From Geobacter sp. UBA5730 (GTDB lineage Bacteria > Desulfobacterota > Desulfuromonadia > Geobacterales > Pseudopelobacteraceae), in NCBI GenBank assembly GCA_002419465.1, contig DIGE01000010.1, positions 21,699 through 85,698 on the forward strand: a stretch of DNA of 64,000 nucleotides, in the 5' to 3' direction. Under the pieces are notes generated by a model. That model searched no databases and had not been told where the DNA came from. It saw only the letters and a list, made by a program, of their open reading frames with translations. Shown one piece after another: positions 30,343 through 38,871 of this stretch. The first letter of the stretch is position 1, and every line of letters starts with the position of its first letter. The position numbers were made by a program, and so were the translations under genes.

Positions 30343-31002
30343 TCAGTGGGGCAGCACCACCTCGAACAGCGTGCCGTTTTTTTCGATCTTAACCAGGTGA
30401 GTGCGGATCTCCACGATCCGGGCGCCAGCGACCTCAGCTCCTTCAGCCACCAGTAGATCATTGATCACGGCCCGACGCAACTTGCGGTTGTCGTGCCAGG
30501 CGATGCCGGACAGCTTGACCCCTTCGGGCGTACCCACCGTCACCGGTGCGGTCGAAACTTGCGCTGCCGCAGTTGCGGGGACGTTGGTTTGTCTGGTCCG
30601 TCGATTGGAGCGATCCTCTTTGTCTTCATCCGGGCTTGCTTGAGCCGGGGCAGCCGACGCCGCAGGCTGAACAGCCGGCACGGCAGCCGGAGCGGTTTGC
30701 GACGGCGGGGGAACAGCAGCAGGTGGGGGCGTCACCACCGTCGGCGGCTGCAGCGCAAGCTGCTGCTGTTCGGTTAGCGGCGTTTTGGGCCGGGCCTGCG
30801 TATTCGGACGCTGGATGAGCCAGAACGCTACAACGCCAATCATGAGCGCCACTGCGACCATGCCGGCCAGCAGGTAGTGTTTGGTCTTTTGGGGACGAGG
30901 GGCTCCGGCATCCAGCAGGATGCCGCCGGTAATAACACTCTGCTTTAGGTGGGCGGTCTTTTCTTCCTGTAGTTTTTGCAACGCGTCGAGAATATGGCTC
31001 AT
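30343..31002 (-). CDS. GspB/ExeB-like single-pass membrane protein with a Pro/Ala-rich linker
   Basis: 219 aa. N-terminus is MSHILDALQKLQEEK, followed by one TM segment. The C-terminus (LSGIAWHDNRKLRRAVINDLLVAEGAEVAGARIVEI) resembles the T2SS GspB C-terminal domain. Overlaps the exeA stop by 4 nt. Confidence 0.65.
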   Translation of the reverse strand: MSHILDALQKLQEEKTAHLKQSVITGGILLDAGAPRPQKTKHYLLAGMVAVALMIGVVAFWLIQRPNTQARPKTPLTEQQQLALQPPTVVTPPPAAVPPPSQTAPAAVPAVQPAASAAPAQASPDEDKEDRSNRRTRQTNVPATAAAQVSTAPVTVGTPEGVKLSGIAWHDNRKLRRAVINDLLVAEGAEVAGARIVEIRTHLVKIEKNGTLFEVVLPH

Positions 31003-32591
31003 GGGGTCTGTTCCGTTGTGGCGAGTGAGGGGATGCGAGTCGGATGGGAAAAGCGATACAGCTGCATCAGGGTCAGTACGCCAACGGTGCCGGTGGGGCT
31101 GATCCCCTGCCGGGTCTGAAAACGCAGCGTTGCGGCACGGAGTTGGGCATCCGAGTATGAGGTTCCTTCCAGATGCAGCACACCGGCGGCATTCAACAGA
31201 CGGGCCAGCTGCTCGCGCTGCGTCCCATCGGCATCACGGCCGAACGGCACCGGCAGGTCGGCCAGGTTGTCCCAGGGGATCAGCGCCTTGCCGGTCCAGT
31301 ACTGTTCAAGACGCTGCAGGGGGAGTTCCAGGGGGGTGTCGCTGCCGGTTGTCAGCACAACTCGTTCCTGCTGGATACCGGTCAGCAAGAGATACTGTTT
31401 GACGCCGGCCGGTGGCAGGGTGCACTCCAGCAGGGCAGGGTAGCCCAGCCGGATGATCCCTCCCAGGTTGCCGGTGTAGCGATAGGCAGACAGGCCAAGG
31501 GATTGGATGGCCTGTTCCGGTGACTCACCCACCCGCTTGACCGGGGGAGGGTTACCCCAGGCAGCGGCCAGGGCTGTCAACAGGGTCTGCCACTGATCCG
31601 TCTGACTGCCGGTTGTCAACCCGGTCATGCGTTGTTCAAGTGTGGCATCCGGTGCAGGGGGCCTGGAAGCGGTCAGCGGGCCGGGCAGGTAGAGCAGTGC
31701 CAGCGCTGCAACTGCCAGCAGCACGACGACCCCTGCAGTCCAAGCCATCAGGCGGGCCGGGCTGCGGGTCTCCTTGCGGGAGCGAGAAACGTCGGTAATC
31801 GCCTGTTTGGCAACGGCGGTATCAATCTGGCGGCTGTTGTGGTTGTAGGCGATCAGCAAGGCCCGGTCGGCAGCGGCATTGATCAGACGGGGCAGGCCGG
31901 CGGCAAAGCGGTGGATCGCCTTGCAGGCGCCGGTGCTGAAGACTGCCGGATCGCTGGCGCCGCCAGCCGCGGTCTTCAAGCGGTGCTTGAGGTAATCGCC
32001 GGTATCGGCCAGCTCCATCGAGGTCAGATGGAAACGGACCGTGATCCGTTGATTGAGTTGTCGCAGTTCGGGACGGGCCAGTAGTTCTTCAAGCTCGGGC
32101 TGGCCCACCAGGATGATCTGGATCAGTTTTTCCGAGGCGGTTTCCAGGTTGGACACCAGCCGCACCTGCTCCAGCACCTCCGGCTCCATATCCTGGGCCT
32201 CGTCGATCACCAGCACCGTGGCCTTGCCGGCCTGTTTCTGGCTGAGCAGGAACCGGTGCAGCTCCTCCACCAGTTCGGCCGGCTCACTACCCTGGTCCGA
32301 GATGCCGAACTCCCGGTTGATGGTGCGCAGCAGACCGCTTGACGACACCATCGGATTCAGGATCAAGGCCGTAGCGTGAGTCTCAGGCTTCAGCTCTGTT
32401 AGCAGGGTTCGGATCACCGTGGTTTTGCCGGCCCCCACTTCGCCGGTCAGCATGATGAAGCCGCAACGATTTTCGATGCCGTAGATCAGGTGGGCAAAGG
32501 CCTCCTGATGGGCACGGCTCAGGAAGATGAAGGCCGGGTTGGGCGTCAGGGTGAAGGGGCGTTCTTGGAAGCCGAAAAATGAGCAGTACAT
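30999..32591 (-). CDS. exeA: ExeA/GspA-like AAA+ ATPase with TM segment and C-terminal peptidoglycan-binding domain
   Basis: 530 aa. Motifs are FGFQERPFTLTPNPAFIFLSRAHQEA, Walker A GEVGAGKTT and Walker B VLVIDEAQ. It has a central TM helix and a C-terminal PG_binding_1-like repeat (AQLRAATLRFQTRQGISPTGTVGVLT). Confidence 0.85.
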   Translation of the reverse strand: MYCSFFGFQERPFTLTPNPAFIFLSRAHQEAFAHLIYGIENRCGFIMLTGEVGAGKTTVIRTLLTELKPETHATALILNPMVSSSGLLRTINREFGISDQGSEPAELVEELHRFLLSQKQAGKATVLVIDEAQDMEPEVLEQVRLVSNLETASEKLIQIILVGQPELEELLARPELRQLNQRITVRFHLTSMELADTGDYLKHRLKTAAGGASDPAVFSTGACKAIHRFAAGLPRLINAAADRALLIAYNHNSRQIDTAVAKQAITDVSRSRKETRSPARLMAWTAGVVVLLAVAALALLYLPGPLTASRPPAPDATLEQRMTGLTTGSQTDQWQTLLTALAAAWGNPPPVKRVGESPEQAIQSLGLSAYRYTGNLGGIIRLGYPALLECTLPPAGVKQYLLLTGIQQERVVLTTGSDTPLELPLQRLEQYWTGKALIPWDNLADLPVPFGRDADGTQREQLARLLNAAGVLHLEGTSYSDAQLRAATLRFQTRQGISPTGTVGVLTLMQLYRFSHPTRIPSLATTEQTP

Positions 32592-32596
32592 GGCTG

Positions 32597-33703
32597 CTAG
32601 TTATACTGCATTTTTTCAGCAGGCACAACGCTTGAGGCGTTTTTACGGGGTTGATCGGCAATCGTTCTTTCGGAAGTAACCAGTTCCGCCACCACCCGGC
32701 CGATCGGTGTGGTGGCCTCCACCCGCACCGGTACGCGATGGGAGTCGTCTGTCAGCCAGATCAGCAGCTCCTTATTGTTCTTGAAAAAGCCGTTTTCACT
32801 GAATGATGGTCTGATGAGCAGGGTTTCGGCAGAACGCATGCCGGGCAGGTTAAGCCGTTCCCGCCGCAGCACCGCCACCGGCACCAGGCTGATGGCATCA
32901 CCATCGTACAGGCGCAGCGTAACGGTCGCGCCGACGCTGAGGGGCTGCTGCCGCAGATAGTAAAAGCCGGCAATCACGTCCAGGGTGTCCAGATCGGTCA
33001 ACGGCTCCGTATTCGAGATCTTTCTGATCCGGTCCACCCAGAACAGCTTTTGTTCATGAAACATCAGGTTGAAGCCGGTATCACTTTCCATCAAGCCTTC
33101 ACGTTGCTTGATGCGGGTCAGCAGGTAGCGGCCCCTGATCAGGCGGGTATCGGTGCTGTTATGCACCGGGTAGATGGCCGAGATGACGCTGTTGGAACTG
33201 ACTGACGTGCGGATGCGCAGTTCGCCCTGCTGGTTGGTGGCCTCCAGATGGGCGTTGCCCACCGGCATGCCCAGCAGGCTGATCTGGTAGGTCAGCCGTT
33301 CCTGCTGCACCGGGACGATGGTGTCGGCACGCAGATAAACGGTTTCAGGCTGTGGGGCAGCTGCCTGCTCCGGTTGTGTTGGTTGGTGCTGTACATGGGC
33401 TGTGGTGTCGGTTGTTTCGGCAGACGTTTCCGGTGAGGTGGAAGACGCAGATGTGGTGATGATAGCCGGTTTTGCTGCGACTACCGCGGTTGTCTGGGGT
33501 GCACGGGCAGGTTGTTTGGCCGCAGCTGGCCGGTTCAGCTCCACCATGGTAACGGCTGGCTCAATCACCGGGAGACCAAACTGATGTGTTCCGAACCGTT
33601 CGATAACGATGACTGCCAGGCAGTGCGCTGCTATCGAAAGCACCAGGCAAACCACCGGTATTAGTTTGTTGTAGCAAAAGGTGGGGCGGTTTGTTTGGCG
33701 CAT
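32597..33703 (-). CDS. DUF3108-domain protein with N-terminal membrane anchor and Pro/Ala/Thr-rich linker
   Basis: ATG at 33703 (MRQTNRPTF...) is preferred. The longer ORF start at 33745 would be encoded by an intergenic hairpin. The C-terminal ~230 aa beta-rich region is DUF3108-like; that assignment is from memory. Confidence 0.6.
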   Translation of the reverse strand: MRQTNRPTFCYNKLIPVVCLVLSIAAHCLAVIVIERFGTHQFGLPVIEPAVTMVELNRPAAAKQPARAPQTTAVVAAKPAIITTSASSTSPETSAETTDTTAHVQHQPTQPEQAAAPQPETVYLRADTIVPVQQERLTYQISLLGMPVGNAHLEATNQQGELRIRTSVSSNSVISAIYPVHNSTDTRLIRGRYLLTRIKQREGLMESDTGFNLMFHEQKLFWVDRIRKISNTEPLTDLDTLDVIAGFYYLRQQPLSVGATVTLRLYDGDAISLVPVAVLRRERLNLPGMRSAETLLIRPSFSENGFFKNNKELLIWLTDDSHRVPVRVEATTPIGRVVAELVTSERTIADQPRKNASSVVPAEKMQYN

Positions 33704-33719
33704 AGTGTTCAGGTAAAGA

Positions 33720-33742
33720 CCGCCCCCTGAGTCAGGGGGCGG
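33720..33742 (-). terminator. GC-rich hairpin between the lipoprotein gene and the DUF3108 gene (possible attenuator or terminator)
   Basis: CCGCCCCCTGA-G-TCAGGGGGCGG palindrome. It belongs to the same CCGCCCCC/GGGGGCGG hairpin family as the terminator at 34234..34260. Only a weak T-tract follows on the minus strand. Confidence 0.35.
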
Positions 33743-33753
33743 CACGAGGCAGG

Positions 33754-34194
33754 TTACTTTACAATCGTAACACCCTGCAGGAACAGGATGCTCTCAAAGG
33801 TCTTTTTCAGGGTTTTACTTGTAAAATTAGTTATCGGCGGCACATTGGTCGGATATTCGATCTTGGCGCCTTTGGCCACCTTAATCGTGGGCATGGCCAT
33901 CCAGACGGTCTTGCCGTCATCGCCCTTGGCCTCAATGTAGGTATAGACATCGGCATCGATGGTCTGGACCACGGTTGCCTTTTTGGTTGGTATCCCCTTG
34001 GGCACGCTTGTCGCCTTCAATCCTGCATGGGGGTCGGCCTTGGGGTCGATCTTGGCATCACCGACCGGCGGGTGGCCTTCAGGCAGCGTTGCCGCAGCCT
34101 GCTGTTTTGCCGGTGCTTCGGTCTTGGGTTTGTCCTGGCAGCCTGAGGCCAGGGCCAGTGTTGCGATCATACCGATGATAACTGCTGCTTTCAT
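33754..34194 (-). CDS. Lipoprotein of unknown function
   Basis: 146 aa with lipobox LALASGCQ. A Lys/Pro-rich linker precedes a conserved-looking C-terminal beta domain (VYTYIEAKGDDGKTVWMAMP...FTSKTLKKTFESILF). Confidence 0.6.
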   Translation of the reverse strand: MKAAVIIGMIATLALASGCQDKPKTEAPAKQQAAATLPEGHPPVGDAKIDPKADPHAGLKATSVPKGIPTKKATVVQTIDADVYTYIEAKGDDGKTVWMAMPTIKVAKGAKIEYPTNVPPITNFTSKTLKKTFESILFLQGVTIVK

Positions 34195-34233
34195 GCAACC
34201 TCTCCTTCAGAAGTTTCTACTGTTTGGTGGTTT

Positions 34234-34260
34234 AAAAAACCGCCCCCAGGCGGGGGCGGT
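34234..34260 (-). terminator. Intrinsic terminator of the porin-cytochrome operon
   Basis: On the minus strand, a 9-bp stem with a 4-nt loop (ACCGCCCCC GCCT GGGGGCGGT) is followed by TTTTTT. Confidence 0.75.
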
Positions 34261-34345
34261 AAGCCGGTGCCGATTGCGGCACGTCAGTGGTACGCACAGG
34301 GTAGGTTCCCCGGAGGCGCGGAGCCTCCGGGGTGTTGACTACATG

Positions 34346-36424
34346 TTACGGACGGGTTGCAACTCCAGTAGTTGCATTTGCATTCAGCCATAGTGCGGCT
34401 TCGGGATAAGCTGTAACCATTGCAGGGCTAAGGGTAATAGTGCCATCCAATACCCCGTTATCCATCCAGTCAATGGAGTCAAAGATAAGCCGTTTGACAT
34501 AAGTTCTGTTATGAACATATGCAGCAGGTTCGTCAGCGTAAATCTTGGCATTTTGATAGGCACCATAGGCATTGTCTGGAACTGCAGTAGTGTCGCTATA
34601 GTTGCCGGCTCCGATCGCAAGATTCAGGTAGTTTATATAACCTGCCAAGTTTGAAACGTAGTTGTTCAGGATTGTTGTTGCCTGGTTGTAACCAAGTTTT
34701 TCTTCATCGAGTTTGGCTACAGACATTTCATAGGCAGAACCAACAGTGTGGCAGGTATTGCAGAGTGCCTGATTGGTAATAGTTGTTCCGGTAACGGCAG
34801 CAAAGCTATGGCTCTTGTTGCCCATATGGCAGCTTGCGCAAGGACCAGACTCATTCAGACCAATCTTGTCATGCTGGAAGTGGGTAGTTGCATTAGTATA
34901 ATCTTTGCCAGCATATTCCCAGCCAATATGGGATTTTTCATTGAACATGAAGCCTGCAGTAGGAGCGTGATGTCCTTGGAATCTGCTGCTACGCGGGCTC
35001 TCCACGTTGCCGCGACCACCATGGCAGGTTGCACAGGCGGTTGATTTTCCAAGTCCGGTAATGACAACTGTCTGTCCTTGGTAGGTAAAGTCAAGTACTG
35101 CCTTGGTGGTGTTACGCAGGGTGCCTTTGCCGGCATTGCTGTGGCAACCCCAGCAATAGAGCACTTCTTTCTGTCCTGACGGCACGGTTGCAACGCCTGT
35201 AGAGGCCTTTACCCAACCAGACAGATGAGAGAAGTCATTACCTGCACCGGTGTTGTCGTACGTATCCGGGTTACTCAGGAAATTTGCGGCACCGGTTGCG
35301 GTGTGACATTTCTGGCAGGCACCACGATCTGGTGTGCCATCAGCTTTGGTTGTTTGCGTCCAAGGGTAATGTACCCATGCGTCACCAGTTGTGCTGTCAG
35401 CGCCTGCTGCCAGAACCGTAGCTACACTGGTAGCATTGGCATACTTCTGGGCTAGGATTTTGCCGGCATGGCTTGATTGAGACCAATCCGTGTAGATGGA
35501 CGGAGTTGTTGTAGCGCCGTACCGTGTACCGGTTTTTGCCTCATGCCCATGGCAGTCAAAGCAAGGGTTTTCACCCTTCATACGAATGTTGTAGCCTTCA
35601 ATTATTGCCGTTGTTGTTGGGTCATCATAGTGTGTGGTTGCAATGATACGATACCAGCTGGTTGGGTGGTATCCAACGGCGCCAGTCACTGCGCCGTTTA
35701 CTGTGGTTACGCCGTCTGCCAGCAGTTTGCTGCCGTTGTAGTTGTACATGGTGTGGCAGCTGGTGCAGAGGTTGAACTGGTTGTTTTTAGCACCGCTGGT
35801 TTTGCTGGGGTTCCAGGCAACGATGTTACCTGTAGTATCTTTTGCCAAAACACCGCGTAATCCACCGCCATGCTCATGGCAGGTCTCACACTTCATGCCG
35901 GTATATGCGCCGGTATATGCAGGAGGAAGACCACCAGCAATTACAGTGTTATCGCCGGTATAACCACTCTTGTTGGACAGTACGGCACCTTCATGGGTAT
36001 GGCAACGTACGCATACGCCGGAGGTGTGAGATGGCGTACCTTCAGCATGGTTGGATGTTTCAAATGCTGTATTGGCATTGGTTGCCTGGGCTGTCACGCC
36101 GTCATGACAGGTTGCACAGCGATTGGCATCTGGATTTGGGTAAGGGATCGGGCCAACGCCGTTGTGCTGGGCGCCGCCGCCGTGGCAGCTCTCACAACCA
36201 AGCCCTTCTTGGTTGTGAGGTGACGTCAACTGGTACTGGGTGATCTTGCTTTCGCCAGTCAGGGCCTCGGTAACAGCACTGTGGCACTGGATACAAGCTG
36301 TATCGCCGACGGTTGCCACGTTGTTGATCGATCCGCCAGACTTGCTGGACGAACCGCAGCCATACAGCAGTGCCGCCATCGGCAGCAGACAAAACAGCGT
36401 GATGGCTAATCTTCGCATCTGCAT
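34346..36424 (-). CDS. Dodecaheme c-type cytochrome lipoprotein (OmcB-like outer-surface component of a porin-cytochrome conduit)
   Basis: 692 aa with lipobox LLYGCGSS. I counted 12 CxxCH motifs by hand: CIQCH, CESCH, CATCH, CVRCH, CETCH, CTSCH, CFDCH, CQKCH, CWGCH, CATCH, CASCH and CNTCH. Confidence 0.88.
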   Translation of the reverse strand: MQMRRLAITLFCLLPMAALLYGCGSSSKSGGSINNVATVGDTACIQCHSAVTEALTGESKITQYQLTSPHNQEGLGCESCHGGGAQHNGVGPIPYPNPDANRCATCHDGVTAQATNANTAFETSNHAEGTPSHTSGVCVRCHTHEGAVLSNKSGYTGDNTVIAGGLPPAYTGAYTGMKCETCHEHGGGLRGVLAKDTTGNIVAWNPSKTSGAKNNQFNLCTSCHTMYNYNGSKLLADGVTTVNGAVTGAVGYHPTSWYRIIATTHYDDPTTTAIIEGYNIRMKGENPCFDCHGHEAKTGTRYGATTTPSIYTDWSQSSHAGKILAQKYANATSVATVLAAGADSTTGDAWVHYPWTQTTKADGTPDRGACQKCHTATGAANFLSNPDTYDNTGAGNDFSHLSGWVKASTGVATVPSGQKEVLYCWGCHSNAGKGTLRNTTKAVLDFTYQGQTVVITGLGKSTACATCHGGRGNVESPRSSRFQGHHAPTAGFMFNEKSHIGWEYAGKDYTNATTHFQHDKIGLNESGPCASCHMGNKSHSFAAVTGTTITNQALCNTCHTVGSAYEMSVAKLDEEKLGYNQATTILNNYVSNLAGYINYLNLAIGAGNYSDTTAVPDNAYGAYQNAKIYADEPAAYVHNRTYVKRLIFDSIDWMDNGVLDGTITLSPAMVTAYPEAALWLNANATTGVATRP

Positions 36425-36456
36425 ACTCTTTTCCTCCTTGTTGTTATGTTAGACAC

Positions 36457-37188
36457 CTAAAACGTTCCCGGCAGGTGGCACTTGAGACAAACCTTGACGC
36501 CACCGCGTTCTTTAAAGTTGCCGGCTTTCCAGTTGCGTGGATGGGGGCGAACCTTGCCGCTGCTGTGACATTGGATGCAAACATCGCCTTGCGGGTGACA
36601 GGTCTGGCACGACATCAGGTTGCGGCGTGCCTCGGCCGAGTGATCGATGGCCCAGTTTGAGGCAGCGTAAATCTGGTTGTTTGGTCCGGCGGGCCGGTGT
36701 GATTTGATCCGCAGCGATCCCTTGGGGAAGCGGGAGTGACAGTCGCTGCAGAACTTCTGGTTGTGGCAGCGGATACAGGCCTGTTGATTGTCTTTGGCCT
36801 TGATCGGGTGGATGCTGATAAAGTCGCTGCGGTGGTTTTTCGGCATGTAGTTGCGCTTGAAGGTCGGGGTGCGCAACGCCGGATCTATGCCACCGCCGAT
36901 ATGGCAATCGTTACAGAACGACTGTGCATGGCATTCGACACAGTTGGTGCCGGCCTTGCCGGCCAGGGCGCGGTGTTCCCCCATCCAGTCGGTGTTCTGG
37001 TGGTGCCGGCCTGCCCAGTCGTTGTCATGGGTCAGGGGGATACCTTGCTCTTTGTGACAGGAGTTACAGTCCTTCAACTCCATTTTGGCAAAATCTTTAT
37101 GCGACATCTTTTCAGCGCGGGACTGCTGCTGGTTGCATACGAGCAGCCCGTAGATCAGTAGCGCGCAGATGAAAAATACTTTCTTCAC
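36457..37188 (-). CDS. Periplasmic octaheme c-type cytochrome (OmaB-like)
   Basis: 243 aa with a signal peptide. It has 8 CxxCH motifs: CNSCH, CVECH, CNDCH, CIRCH, CSDCH, CQTCH, CIQCH and CLKCH. Confidence 0.88.
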   Translation of the reverse strand: MKKVFFICALLIYGLLVCNQQQSRAEKMSHKDFAKMELKDCNSCHKEQGIPLTHDNDWAGRHHQNTDWMGEHRALAGKAGTNCVECHAQSFCNDCHIGGGIDPALRTPTFKRNYMPKNHRSDFISIHPIKAKDNQQACIRCHNQKFCSDCHSRFPKGSLRIKSHRPAGPNNQIYAASNWAIDHSAEARRNLMSCQTCHPQGDVCIQCHSSGKVRPHPRNWKAGNFKERGGVKVCLKCHLPGTF

Positions 37189-37203
37189 AAAAATCCCCCC
37201 TTC

Positions 37204-38424
37204 CTAGAAGTCGTAGTTGAAAGCAACCCGGCCGGACCAGTCGTGTTCAAAGTGAAAAATATTGACGTTGTCCTGAACCCGTGCATCAAACGACATGGTC
37301 TTGTTGAGTTTGTAGCGGGTGCCCAACCAGTAGGTTTGGGCGTTGGATGAGCCGTTCATGCTGTCCTTCTGGTAGACGTCATAGGCCATTCCGCCGGCCA
37401 GTTGCAGGTTGGGATTGTAATCATACTGGATGTCGAGGGTGAAGCCGTCCAGATCACCGGCATAACCTTGGCGCCGGTCGTAGGCTAGGTCCAGCATCAG
37501 GGATTCAATCGGGCGCACCTTCAGGCCGGCCTCAAAGACGTGCCCTTCGGTGTTTGAGCCAAAATCCTGGTATTTGTATGCGCCACGCACGGCAAACATC
37601 TTGTTGATGGTGTAATCGGCGCGGATCACGCCTTCTTGATAACGATCCACCGCAAATACCGAATAGATGGAGGTGTAGTCGAATACCGGATAGCTCTGGA
37701 ACCATTCTCCGGTCAGTACTATGTTTTCGTTGACGAAATATTTTGCTCCGGCCATGACCTCGTCAAAGGTTTCACTGGCCATGTCAAAACGGGTGTTGCC
37801 GTACACCTTGAGACCGCCGAACAGGTAATGGCGGAACATACCGCCAATCTGTTCACGGGCGATGCCGTCCTTGTCAAACTTCAGGTAGTAGCTGATTTCG
37901 GCATCGGTGGTTGGATAGCCGGTCAGATAGGCGGCTGTGCCAAATACGTAATCCTTGGCGTTGGTCAACTCGCCATCGATGCCGTAAATGACGTTGCGGC
38001 CCCCCATGACCGAGAAGGCCACCGGACCGATGTTTTTCAGGTCGATCATACCGCCGTCAATCAGGGAGCTGCCAGCGGCATAGTTGACAAACTGTCGTCC
38101 GGCCCGGATGTCAACCTTGTCCAGCAGATCCCGATAGTCAGCGTACAGGTAAAACAGTCGGCCATCGAAACCATCGCCATTCATCACATCCTGGCTTATC
38201 CGTCCATACCCGTGCAACGACAATTTTTTGTCCGGGTCAATGTTGATGAGCGAAAAGTTGAGATGCTGGGCGAATTCAGCCTGTTTTTTCTCGTTGAAGA
38301 TGTTGTTGAACCAGAGGTACTGGGTTGACGCTCTACCGTGCAGTTCTGCTGCCAGCGATGAAGAAGCTGTCAGCAGCACTGTCCCGAAGAGCACTGTGCG
38401 GAGTAATCCCATTGCATACCCCAT
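37204..38424 (-). CDS. Porin-like outer-membrane beta-barrel protein (OmbB-like)
   Basis: 406 aa with a signal peptide (SSSLAAE). It shows an alternating beta-strand pattern rich in Tyr/Gly/Asp and a C-terminal FNYDF with terminal Phe. It has no heme motifs and is the first gene of the three-gene unit. Confidence 0.75.
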   Translation of the reverse strand: MGYAMGLLRTVLFGTVLLTASSSLAAELHGRASTQYLWFNNIFNEKKQAEFAQHLNFSLINIDPDKKLSLHGYGRISQDVMNGDGFDGRLFYLYADYRDLLDKVDIRAGRQFVNYAAGSSLIDGGMIDLKNIGPVAFSVMGGRNVIYGIDGELTNAKDYVFGTAAYLTGYPTTDAEISYYLKFDKDGIAREQIGGMFRHYLFGGLKVYGNTRFDMASETFDEVMAGAKYFVNENIVLTGEWFQSYPVFDYTSIYSVFAVDRYQEGVIRADYTINKMFAVRGAYKYQDFGSNTEGHVFEAGLKVRPIESLMLDLAYDRRQGYAGDLDGFTLDIQYDYNPNLQLAGGMAYDVYQKDSMNGSSNAQTYWLGTRYKLNKTMSFDARVQDNVNIFHFEHDWSGRVAFNYDF

Positions 38425-38871
38425 CTAGCGGACCTCCTTTCCTTGTAGTGTCTGTACTGCTACTGTCTGAAAAGCATGCCTCCCTTCGGTTTAATGAGCT
38501 GCGTAAGGCCCTGGTCACCGCAGTGTTGTGGTGCTGAGACGTTACGAGTTATAGATACGGGTCTGTGTGTTGTGCGGGAAAGGAATGGGAACGGGTGCTG
38601 CCTCGCTGCACTTTGGCACATGAATTGGCAAAAGTGGCGATCGATACCGTGCTGTGTGTGGCGGGGTACTGACATGGGAACACCATTTAATGAGCGGGCT
38701 AATTTAATTAATGTTGGGCCACTGTACTTAATCAGGCGATTTGGTCAAGTGGTTAATATTAAAATTTGAAGAATATAATCTATGAGCTTTTTAATGTTTA
38801 CTCCAGGTAGACAGGATGAGCAGTTTTCAGGTATATCCATACCTCGTTGATGAGTTTGCAAGGGAGGCTGC

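Noticed and set aside
34292-34301. ACGCACAGGG, a string reminiscent of the 5' conserved part of GEMM-I c-di-GMP riboswitches, on the plus strand just after the cytochrome gene.
   Set aside because: It is on the wrong strand relative to any downstream gene. The rest of the GEMM consensus (GCAAA, GNRA tetraloop/receptor, ACGCAAAGC) is missing. The adjacent helix is better explained as a post-stop hairpin of the minus-strand operon.
38614-38630. Sigma54-like element TGGCAC-N5-TTGGCA on the plus strand, upstream of yicC.
   Set aside because: The critical -12 GC dinucleotide is displaced (TTGG instead of TTGC). The site is about 240 nt from the yicC start. No enhancer-binding-protein gene or upstream activating sequence is evident.
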